A stretch of 64,000 nt of DNA from Octopus bimaculoides (Eukaryota), in the NCBI RefSeq assembly GCF_001194135.2, contig NC_068994.1:52773350-52837349 (forward strand). Direction: 5' to 3'. This document shows positions 53,710 to 64,000 of this stretch, piece by piece. The notes beneath the pieces were generated by a model that was given only the letters and a program-made list of their open reading frames with translations, did not search any database and was not told the origin of the DNA. Position 1 is the first letter of the stretch. Every line of letters begins with the position of its first letter. The translations under genes and the position numbers were made by a program.

Positions 53710-54267
53710 GTTAGGTGTTTCGAATACTTTTCTTTGCTTCCTACTCCCCCTCTCACTCCCCATCTCTCTCTTCCTCTCTCTCACTGGCCTTCTTCTGAAT
53801 TTAGATTAAATATTATACAGGGAAAATGGTATATTTCTTATAAGATTCAAGAAACAACAAATAGTTAAACTACAATAATATCTGTTGTGAATATCATTAG
53901 TATTAATGTATTAATATTTGTGATTTGTCGAAGATTGCGCGTTTGGATTCACTTAGCGAATAGATACTTGCCTCAACTCCCAGTGACTTATTTTGTTACA
54001 GGCCGTATTGATAGAGTACTGAGAAATACATGGTATTCTACTTGTTTGTTAGTACGATAGACACACACACACACATGCGCGCGCACACTCTCTACCACCA
54101 TCATCGTTTCCACTTCCACCACGAACACATTTAAATGTCAGTAGCACTATATTGTCGGTTTATAACTCTGACAGTAGAGTGGGTGTATTAATAAGTGAAT
54201 TAGATTTCTAAGTGCTTTGTTCTAATGTTCGCTGATATAGTATCATATTATTTATTAGAGATGGCAA

Positions 54268-54476
54268 AAGGCAGCGAGATGTTAGAATCTTTAGAATAGC
54301 AGATAAATACGTAACGACATTTCTTCGTGTGTTCTTAGTTCAAATTCCGCCGAGGCTGACTCTGCCTTTTATCCTTTTGGGCTCGATTAAGTACCAATGA
54401 ATCACTCGGGTTGATATCATCGACTAGTCCCTTCCCACAAAATTTCAGATCTTATACATTTAGTAGAAATGATTAT
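54268..54476 (+). mobile_element. SINE family A
   Basis: TAGTTCAAATTCCGCCGAGGCTGACTCTGCCTTTTATCCTTTTGGGCTCGAT...AAATTTCAG. Confidence 0.8.
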
Positions 54477-55232
54477 TTTTATTTATTGTTATTATTGGCT
54501 AGGAGAATCGTTACCACACCGACATAAATGCTTGCTAGCAATTTCTTTGCTTCAAATGCCACGGCGTGAGATCGAACAATGGACGACATGCTTACAACGT
54601 GAACTTTGTAACCACCCATCAATGTATGAATCTCTGGGTAAAAAAAAAACATGAATGAATCTTGTTCGTAATTAAGTAAGGACCATGAAACATTTAAGGG
54701 AATCTATATATGCATGCGTTACCCCTGAAATATATGCCAAGCCAGATAACGTAATTCAGTCATGAAAAAGAGACAGTTGTGATAAACTTCTGCGACATTT
54801 TGTGTTTCATATTAACAAGTTTGGATAACCAAAGGTGAAATTCTGTGTATCATAGTCTTACTCTATTAGGCCATGCTTGAAGCCAAAAATTAACAACCAA
54901 CAAATGTTGATTATTTTAGCCCCGGGTCAGTCTTGGACTAATTCTACTCAACCGTCATTTCAGCCAGTAACCAAACATGAAAAATCGTAGGCTTTGAAAA
55001 TTTGTGATAAGAAAGAAAGAACTTAGATGATTTACTCATCGATGGATTAATTTTGAATCCGAGGTAATAGTATACCGATTGAAATGCCTTTGATCATTTG
55101 TATCCTGAAGCAGGACAGCCATAAGTCTAAGTAGAATTAATATCTCCCATAAGCTGGTGTATGTATATATTCATATATGATTATAATGCCGCAAATTTTC
55201 ACGCAAAGACACACAACTTATGTAAATATACC

Positions 55233-55315
<83 letters not shown>

Positions 55316-56316
55316 AGAAGATTTCTAATGGTACCATATGGTCCTATCTACACCACATCAGATACAGAGAAAGAAACTAAATAAATTAACAAAGTATCTA
55401 AGGCCGCAATTTCTTTGATGTTTGGTCTCTACATTTTGATCTCGACGTTAACTAAAACGACTATTGGCTCTGAAGTACAAGGACAGAACTCCACATTCCC
55501 ACACTCATGCACATACGCATACATTCACACGCACACACATACACGTGCACACGCGAAGGCACGCACCCACACGCACGCACATGCCAACATACACACATGT
55601 AAACACTCACGTACAAACATCCATTGTCACTTCAAGACAATGAACACACATTAACAACGATCAGGCTGGCTAATAGTGATAGAAAGCGCCATAATTGCGC
55701 TGAGTGACACACAGAGGAACGCTGCATTATTTTCGTACAGAAACGCGCTTTCTGTCTTTTGCTCATATTAAAATACTTTAGTTTTGTTTTCTTTGCTGGT
55801 TTCTGTCATCTTCCTCCATTCCCATTCACTAAGTGTCATTTTATTTATCTTTTGATTTATCTATTCGATATTTCTTGTAATTTTTTTTCTTTCCTTCCTA
55901 CACAGAAACATAGCCATACGTATAATGACGTACACACATTGTTTGCGAAAACACACGCGCGCGCCGCGGCCGCCAGCGCAGAGGCGAATGTACGAATATA
56001 TATATATATATATGCGTGTGTGTCTGTGTGTGTAAACGCGCGTGTAGTTTGTGTTTGTATATATCTATGGATGAAGGCAGATTGAAATGCACATGAACGA
56101 TCTCACATAGAAAATTGTACACAGTAGCTACGAAGGCACACACATACACAAACACACACAAACGCTCATTCTGAAGTTTCTCACAGACATGTACACACAT
56201 TGAAGAATGGAGTCAAGAAAAGTAAATTTTACGAGAAATAATTGCCACGTGAACGTAATTGTTATCTGATGTTCTCGAGTGAAATCTTCAGATGTTTAAT
56301 AAAAGTGAAGAAATAA

Positions 56317-56354
<38 letters not shown>

Positions 56355-56397
56355 AGCAACAAAAATAAGCATAGCTATTACCAATAANNNNNNNNNN

Positions 56398-56428
<31 letters not shown>

Positions 56429-56924
56429 AGCAACAAAAATAAGCATAGCTATTACCAATAATAATAATAATAATAATAATGATACTGATGTAGTTGCTGC
56501 TGCGCCTACCACTACAACTAGTACAAGAAAGATAGAACTATTGCTATTACTACTACTGCCGCTGTTACTGCTGCTGATGCTACTACTACTATTACTACTA
56601 CAACTACTTGAGCAAACGAGAAAACGTGCTGCTCAGTTGGTCCAGATGCTTCTGCTGGTGACTTAGCTAGAAATAACAGCAACGTTTCTTTCAAAGAATA
56701 CACTACCGTCTTAAGAAAGGAAGATATTGGAAAAGGTCCATTAAGTGGGGGTAGAACATCATCCATATTTCTAATCACGGAGCCTGAATTTCAGACCCTA
56801 AATCGATCCGAGCTTGCATCTGGTCCTTGCCTTCTTTTAATGAATTCTTCAAAAGAAAATAAGAGGCCAGTTAAATGTGTGGAAACGTATTGATTCGTCA
56901 CCTGAAGAAATGATTGCTTTTGAT

Positions 56925-57122
56925 TGCAAGCCCAGTTGTCGGCAATGTTGTACGGAAGGGGTCAGCTGATAACATCGATTCTAATTATTGATGAGTACTT
57001 TGTTTGCAATAAGGGAAAGGTAAGCTGACCTCAGTGGAATTTGTACTGAGATTGTAAAATGTCGGAAGATATACCGCAAGGCATTCTGTCCGACGCTCTC
57101 ATAAGTTTGCCAATTTTCTGCC
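56925..57122 (-). mobile_element. SINE family A, diverged
   Basis: AAGCTGACCTCAGTGGAATTTGTACTGAG...ATACCGCAAGGCATTCTGTCCGACG head and core complement. Confidence 0.65.
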
Positions 57123-57217
57123 TTCAACAACAGCACCAGCACCACCGCAACAACACCAACAACAGCAACAACAACTACTACTACTACTATTATTGATCAC
57201 GAGGGCAATTATTTTTA

Positions 57218-57418
57218 CATATAGCCAGCAATATCGTGGAGTGATGGTAAGCCGATTACATCCATCCCACTGCTCAACTGGTACTTGATTTTAGCAACCA
57301 CGAAGGAATGAAAAGCAAAGCTGACCTCGGTGAAATTTGAACTCAGAATATAAAGACGGACGAAAAGCCGCAAAGCAATTTTCCCGGCGCGGTACTGAAT
57401 CTGCAAGCTCGCCACCTT
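57218..57418 (-). mobile_element. SINE family A
   Basis: CAACTGGTACTT...GCAAAGCTGACCTCGGTGAAATTTGAACTCAGAA...GCTCGCCACCTT. Confidence 0.85.
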
Positions 57419-57441
57419 GACAACCCATTTCGTAATATTGC

Positions 57442-57605
57442 TTTCAAATGTTGGCACAAGGCTAGTGTTCAACAGGTAGTTATTTTATCGACCCCAAAAG
57501 GGTGAAAGGCAAAGTGGACTTTGGCGGAATCTGAACTCGGAACGTGAAGAAATGCCGTTAAGCATTTTGCCCGGTGCGCTAATGATTCTACCAGCTCCCC
57601 GCTTT
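57442..57605 (-). mobile_element. SINE family A with a 16-bp flanking direct repeat
   Basis: Core complement present; CATTTCGTAATATTGC at 57426-57441 and 57609-57624. Confidence 0.85.
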
Positions 57606-58509
57606 ACACATTTCGTAATATTGCAAGGAAATTTTGCTCATTGCTCTAACGAATTAGCCATCCATCACTTTCTTGTTAATATTAATTTTTAAGAGGGACG
57701 CATGAACTTCGAATTGTATAATTGGGAATAATTGATTACATCTCAGTTGGGTATTTCACTACAGCTCTACCGAACAAGGATATTTTTCCTGGGAATAGTG
57801 CCAGAAGAAAGGGACTGTTTCCATTGTCTTTGCACGTTCCTGGACACGGGTGAGATCAAAGAGGTTAAGTATCCTCTTTGAAATGTTGCAAGTTGACCGG
57901 CAAGGTGAAGTTGTGTGGAAGGAAAACTCCTTGGATCAAAGGCCAAATTATTCTTAAAGCGATTTGAATAGAGAACAGGAAAAGATCTGAAACAAATTAC
58001 GGCATGGGTTGTGTTCTTCTTCGTGGATTCGTACAATCACTGACTTCTTGCATAATCATAGTTTTAGAAAACTAGCAAAGGCTATGATCAATGCCTCTTC
58101 ATTGAAAGAAAACTGATATAAAGAAAATGATGCTAATCATATTTAACATGTGCACAAAGCTATAATATTTGTGTTTGTGGTTTGAAGGGACAGTTGAATA
58201 ATTTTTTATTATAAAAAGCACAAAAGAAAAACAAATGAAATAAAATTGGGACCGCGAAAAATCACTTGTGTCAAAAACCAATCTTTTAAATAATTTATCA
58301 GGTTATATTTAATTTTCGGTGCATTTCAGAATTTACTCCATCATGAAGGGTGGAGTTTTCAAAGAAATACGAGATTTAATATAAAACAAAATACATGCTA
58401 CAATTCCGTGTGATACGTGAATATATATTCACACTCATACGGACACAAACAGACGCACACGCACATACACACACATGTATATATATATATATATATATAG
58501 CTATATACA

Positions 58510-58661
58510 TGGAAAACAAACCTCATCCAGCTATTCTGATTATATGTCTGTGCACACGTTTGAATGTGGTGTGTGCCAGAGGGTTTGCAAATCCAATGGG
58601 GGTCTTAAAAGACATGTTAGGATCCACAATGAGCAGAACTTACTTGCAGGTATTGGTAGTG
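58510..58661 (+). pseudogene. C2H2 zinc-finger coding fragment (LINE 3' end or isolated ZNF exon), cut by an N gap
   Basis: FECGVCQRVCKSNGGLKRHVRIH (58559-58627) is C-X2-C-X12-H-X3-H. It is preceded by (TA)n, with no upstream coding context. Confidence 0.65.
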
Positions 58662-59680
58662 NNNNNNNNNNNNNNNNNNNNNNNNNNNNNNNNNNNNNNN
58701 NNNNNNNNNNNNNNNNNNNNNNNNNNNNNNNNNNNNNNNNNNNNNNNNNNNNNNNNNNNNNNNNNNNNNNNNNNNNNNNNNNNNNNNNNNNNNNNNNNNN
58801 NNNNNNNNNNNNNNNNNNNNNNNNNNNNNNNNNNNNNNNNNNNNNNNNNNNNNNNNNNNNNNNNNNNNNNNNNNNNNNNNNNNNNNNNNNNNNNNNNNNN
58901 NNNNNNNNNNNNNNNNNNNNNNNNNNNNNNNNNNNNNNNNNNNNNNNNNNNNNNNNNNNNNNNNNNNNNNNNNNNNNNNNNNNNNNNNNNNNNNNNNNNN
59001 NNNNNNNNNNNNNNNNNNNNNNNNNNNNNNNNNNNNNNNNNNNNNNNNNNNNNNNNNNNNNNNNNNNNNNNNNNNNNNNNNNNNNNNNNNNNNNNNNNNN
59101 NNNNNNNNNNNNNNNNNNNNNNNNNNNNNNNNNNNNNNNNNNNNNNNNNNNNNNNNNNNNNNNNNNNTATATATATATATATAAATGCATGTATATGTAA
59201 AATATAATCTACCATGAACGACAACGTGCAATTTTAACAAGTCTGATGGTAATACCGACTGATACAAAGTAAAACAAATCCATCATGGTTGTTTACACAG
59301 GCGAGCATTACATGTCGTATGTTGTGGTTTTCTTACCAGTGAAATAAGAAATTCTATTCCTTAATTAATTTCTAATTGCATTAACTCGGTAGAGTTTCTT
59401 TTAAAAACATGGAACGACACTAGTACCGCAGAAACTTTCCCAACAGACTTATATGCTAAAAAAGGTTCTCAGTGACGCATATGCCATGCGTTCTGAACGA
59501 AGCCGAAATTGTTTGTTCCCATATAGATATCGGTGAACACACAATTCATTGATTTCTACGAAAGCTAAGTCCTCTAAATTAAGATTGATACACACACCAC
59601 TAACAGCTTACTTCTAAAACCGCGCGGATGAATGTGTACAAATATGGAGTAGTATTAGCTGTAATATTTTGGCCCATATT

Positions 59681-59884
59681 GCTCCTTTGTGGCCTAGTAG
59701 GTAAGTGTGTTTAGAAGTGGTGGTTTCAAATCCCTGCTAGGAATTACTAGAGCTCTTATGAGATACTTTATTCCGCCGAGCTCAACTTTGCTTTTCATCC
59801 TTTCGGGGTCGATAACTTAAGTACCAGTTGCGTAGTGGGGACGATCTAATCGACTGGCCCGTGGCTAGAGTAGAAAAGAATATT
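59681..59884 (+). mobile_element. Chimeric SINE: a different tRNA-like head fused to the family A core and tail
   Basis: A box TGGCCTAGTAGG and B box GGTTTCAAATCC (59722-59733). From 59771 the sequence is TTCCGCCGAGCTCAACTTTGCTTTTCATCCTTTCGGGGTCGAT...TAGAGTAGAAAAG. Confidence 0.65.
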
Positions 59885-60587
59885 TTGGCCCAAAGAAACA
59901 TCTCCAAGAGACTTGAGTACCGTTCTGGTTTTATATACACACAGTAGATTGTATGCAAGCCAATATTTTATATGTATTTAAAGAGATATATTCAAGTACT
60001 GTTGTATAGTAGTATACTGTTCCTATAAATCATTTTATATTTCTTTTCTGGTTTCACATTAGCATCATTACATGTATTTTTTATTACATCATCTTTGTGA
60101 TGTCCATCGTGTGATGTTCATTGAAGATACCATTACACTCTCGTCATTAGGATTATCATAATCATCATAGTAAATATCATTATACGGTTGTATACATCAG
60201 TGTTATTAGTATCTTGTCAAATGTGAATGTTAATTAAGTTAGAAATTATTCAAAAACGTCCATTTTAATTGGCTCTGAGAAAATATAGAGTAACATGGGA
60301 TTTTATCATAGTTGATCAAATAAAATTTATGTAATATATTGTTTCTGAAATTATTCAAAAACAAAATAAGGCGAACTTTTTTTTTTTTCATAGAGAACAT
60401 AATAATAACACTACATATATGAAATCTTATGTTGATTAGAGGATTTCCAACTAAATTTTAGCAAGACGAAAATATTTCGTGCATAATAACTCGTATATAC
60501 AACGTATGTCCAAAAATGTACTGTTTCTAAGTATAAGACTAGCTTTCATATTTTATCTTTGATATATTAATTGTTAAATCTTTAAAC

Positions 60588-60875
60588 TATGGCCATGCTG
60601 GGGCACCGCCTTGGGGAATTGTAGTCCGAACTAATAATCTGTCCCAGTATATATATATATTTTTCTTTTTAAGCTTGCTACTTATTCTAGCCGTCTCTTT
60701 TGCCGAACCGCAAAGTTACTGTGATGTAAGCACACAAACACTTATCATCAAGCAATGGTAGGGGACAAATACAGACACAAATGCACACACATGCACACAT
60801 AGACACGCACCCACACGCGTACGCATGTACACACATACACACATACATATATGAATGTTTGTGTGTCTCTCTCTC

Positions 60876-60940
<65 letters not shown>

Positions 60941-61066
60941 AAAATCGACGTGTTTATCTCAGGTTCTGTCGACGAAATCCACTCTTGGATCGGCCCGAGG
61001 CAATAGCAGAACACACTTGATCAAGGTGCCACACAGTGGCATTGAACTTGGGGCCATGTGGTTGTA
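60588..61066 (-). mobile_element. SINE family B spanning an internal (CA)/(CT)/(TA) microsatellite
   Basis: The left part GGCCATGCTGGGGCACCGCC...TTTTGCCGAACCGC matches 62171-62395. The right part CGGCCCGAGGCAATAGCAGAACACACTTG matches 43103-43267. Confidence 0.75.
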
Positions 61067-61288
61067 AAGAGTCCGACGTAAGAGTCCGACGTCCCTGTCT
61101 GAAAGTTTTGGTTTTCTTCGGGAGTTTTGTTTCGACGAGGAGGTTTTACCCTCTTTCTCAAAGGCTGTCAGTACTTTCGAGACAGTACTTCTTGATACAC
61201 CAAACATTTCGGCTGTTTACGTTACACTAGCTGCTACCATACGAGCGTCAACAATTTGACCTTATTGAAAGTCTGATACATCTGTCAT
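61067..61288 (-). mobile_element. Tc1 transposase N-terminal HTH relic
   Basis: MTDVSDFQ*GQIVDARMVAASVT*TAEMFGVSRSTVSKVLTAFEKEGKTSSSKQNSRRKPKLSDRD: a Tc1 paired-like HTH with a GRK(P)RK-type linker and two in-frame stops. Confidence 0.85.
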
Positions 61289-61491
61289 TTTAATGAGTTT
61301 TAGTTACCTTTCTCTGATGATATCTGAAAAGAAACAGCCATTTTAGCAAAACATATTAAGCAATACTAATAATAAATAAAAAAAAGCATAAAAATAAACT
61401 AACTTTCGACGGTCTTATCGATATTTCTAAATTATGAAGCTATAATTCTACGTGTTTCCATTATTTTGTCCAATCCCTGGATATATTTATG

Positions 61492-61586
<95 letters not shown>

Positions 61587-61954
61587 ATATATATGCATGT
61601 GACTGTGCAAGTATGGGTGTGTGCGCGTGTTTTTGTATGTGTTAAGTAAAATCTTAACAGTAAAATTGAGTGGAAAACATCTTTGACAAACGTGTATAGA
61701 ACTGAGAAGCTTTCGCGATTAAACATTTCCTGCAAGTCAGATACGGCGTCTACAAAGCGGACGTTTCTATTACAATATGGTATTATACAATGAGAAAATC
61801 ATGCGTGAATGGTTTTCTATTTAGATAATGAAATGTATTGATTATGTTACTGACTTATATCACACATCACTTGAATACTTTCCCTAGTGTTCGCCGATAA
61901 AAGATACATATTAAAGTTGTATGCTTTACATGTTAAGCAGTTTAGCTTGCTCTG

Positions 61955-61998
<44 letters not shown>

Positions 61999-62170
61999 TG
62001 CTTTTCTTTCCCACTCTCTTGATTTGATTCGTAAAAAGCATTCATTTTCTCACCACAGTTGAGGCAGCGAATTTAGACAACTTCACACACTAAAACAACT
62101 GCAAAGTGAAGGTGTTACTTAAACAAAAGACCTGCACAGGCATACGTACTTCTGTACGTAAATGTATATA

Positions 62171-62395
62171 TACTCTTTTATACTCTTTTACTTGTTTCAG
62201 TCATTTGAGTGTGGCCATACTGGAGCACCGCCTTTAGTCGAGCAAATCGATCCCAGGACTTATTCTTTGTACGCCTAGTACTTATTCTATCGGTCTGTTT
62301 TGCCGAACCGCTAAGTTACGGGGAAGTAAACACACCAGCATCGGTNNNNNNNNNNGGGGGGGGGGGCACAGACACACAAACATATTCACACACAT
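62171..62395 (-). mobile_element. SINE family B, 3' portion with a (TACTCTTTTA)2 end
   Basis: CTTGTTTCAGTCATTTGAGTGTGGCCATACTGGAGCACCGCC...TTTGCCGAACCGCTAAGTTACGGGG is homologous to 60588-60780. Confidence 0.8.
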
Positions 62396-62636
62396 TTATA
62401 TTCTGCAAGCAATGGTTGCTTGTTAATCATTTCTGTTTGACTCTCAACAGGAAAAGTAATAAATATATAGCGCTCACTTTTTTTCTTCTGTCATTAACTG
62501 ATATTATGCTTTCTTGGCTTATTAACTTAGTCTCCCTCGCCTACAAATCCTTACACACACTAATCCTCACCAACACATGCTCTGTGTACTTGTTAGTCTG
62601 TATCGGTGACAGATTCATATGTACAAGCTTCTATAC

Positions 62637-62823
62637 CAGTGCTCCACAGCAGTTATGCTGCCACACTCTGGTGTGCCATGAGACGATGCTAGGTGTGCCG
62701 CAGTGTAGCCTGCACATAATTTTTCCCCTACCCTTTCAGTTATATTTTATAGTTCAGCTGTGCCGCAGAATTTTGCAAAGAATATAAGTGTACCGGAAGT
62801 GAAAAAATGTTTGCCGAGCACTG
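62637..62823. mobile_element. hAT (Charlie-like) MITE, 187 bp
   Basis: Termini CAGTGCTC...GAGCACTG; 8-bp flanks TTCTATAC and TTCCATAC (7/8); subterminal GTGTGCCG-type motifs. Confidence 0.75.
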
Positions 62824-64000
62824 TTCCATACTGATGTTTCACCGATTCTCTTGGATGCTATCATCACAAACTTATGATTAGCGTGATTCTGTTACTGATT
62901 TAGCACAGCCATGATTTTTAGAGCCAATCAAAATTCCTTTCGTCACATGACCCTGTCACTCGAACATCACAAGGAACTGATAATTACATGAATCATTTTT
63001 AATAACCATTCTCAGCTCTTCAGCTTATTTTAGTGAATATGATTTATGAGACGTAAAAATATTAATTTAATGAATATTAATTACTGTATAAACGAATTTA
63101 AGTAGCCGTTCGTTTACGTAACCCTGGCGGGAAGAAAATTAAATTAAATTGTCGTCAAGACAACATGAGATTAAAATTAACGGAATTAAAATCACTTTTA
63201 TGACAGAGACAGCGAAGGATTCTTGAAATAAATAACGAGCAGAAATACTCAGATGAATATTTTTAATTCGGATTTATTTGTCAAGAAATATTTGTTGACT
63301 TGCTACGGTGTTTCACGCGTATGAGAGGAGTGATTGATGATTGCTGTGACGAGTTCCAAGTTAGAAGCTCATTTTGGAATGTATCAAGTAAATTTAAAAA
63401 AAAAAAAGGATTGGATCAAACATCTGTCAGCGCGATTTATAATACAATATCTTGACAGTCTCTGGAACGTTTTACGAAAAACAGGTCGGTTTCGTATGTT
63501 GTTTTAAGCAATTGGACGATATGCTTGTTTTCAGCAATGCCCTATCTAGACGGATAGGTAAGATGCAAAAGAAAAATCAACGATCAAGTAATCAATGTCA
63601 TAGAAGATTACTCCGCGATTTTTCAAATAACTACCTGAATCCACCGACGCAGTTATTTGACTTCATTCACTGGATTTTATGCAGTACATGTCAAAGACAA
63701 TAATAAAGTTGAATCCCTCTTTTGCTAACCTCTTCTGACCACGAATAAATTAAACAGACGTCATGGAAATTATAGACGTTGTTCCCTGGTTTGCATTTTG
63801 TTTTCAAGGTTTAACACCTCGATCGCAAAAGTGTTGGTGCCACCATCGATGTTGCACTCTCGTGTTTTAAATTCTGGATCTCACACATTGTTTCAAAAGA
63901 GATTTCCAAGAGCAGCTTCTGTGAATTGCTTCATAAGCGATGATTCTTAAGACGTTACTGAGTGATTTGGATGCTGTGGTTAATGGTTTCATCAGGTTAA

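Noticed and set aside
56318-56465. Apparent tandem duplication of (CTA)n-CAGCAACAAAAATAAGCATAGCTATTACCAATAA
   Set aside because: The two copies are separated by a 10-N gap, the signature of an unmerged contig overlap; 39900-40020 is likely the same.
56620-56892. About 90-codon stop-free plus-strand frame
   Set aside because: It starts right after a stop inside a microsatellite, has no acceptor, and the sequence looks repeat-derived.
57780-58020. Faint BEL/Pao RT-like peptide (FLGIVPEERDCFH)
   Set aside because: A single weak motif with stops in all frames; it needs a tBLASTx hit to be credible.
61310-61340. CTGATGA...GAAA near the Tc1 relic
   Set aside because: No stem II or stem I pairing.
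3000-62787. Most supplied ORFs (poly-HT/CV/YI/I/L/M/H/K and X-filled)
   Set aside because: They are translations of microsatellites or N gaps with no domain content.
63535-63557. 23-nt micro-exon-like segment between TTTTCAG and GTAAGA
   Set aside because: It is too short, is not frame-preserving and has no independent support.
1-64000. True tRNA genes, rRNA, CRISPR arrays and prokaryotic systems
   Set aside because: The B-box motifs belong to SINE heads without cloverleaf structure. There is no repeat-spacer array or operon-like coding density, and the DNA is eukaryotic and repeat-rich.

Overview
This is AT-rich, gapped eukaryotic DNA with about 18 N-runs, most of them next to microsatellites. 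It looks like intronic or intergenic sequence. The SINE families and simple-repeat load suggest a cephalopod, probably an Octopus short-read draft; this is inferred from repeat recognition, not from a search. No intact protein-coding gene, true tRNA, rRNA or CRISPR array is supported, and almost all supplied ORFs are microsatellite or N-gap artefacts. The window is layered with transposons. It holds about 20 copies of a tRNA-headed SINE ('family A') and 3 copies of a second tRNA-headed SINE ('family B'). It also holds decayed Tc1/mariner, pogo/Tigger and piggyBac transposase fragments, three R4/Dong-like LINE remnants (one young, in a (TAA)n tract), a lone C2H2 zinc finger, a non-autonomous Helitron and two MITEs. 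The most interesting signal is four sequence-unrelated type I hammerhead-ribozyme-like motifs between 20.4 and 30.5 kb. One lies in a 366-bp insertion with perfect 116-bp inverted arms, a tRNA-like B-box spacer and a 12-bp target-site duplication. All folds, translations and family assignments were made by eye and need computational confirmation.
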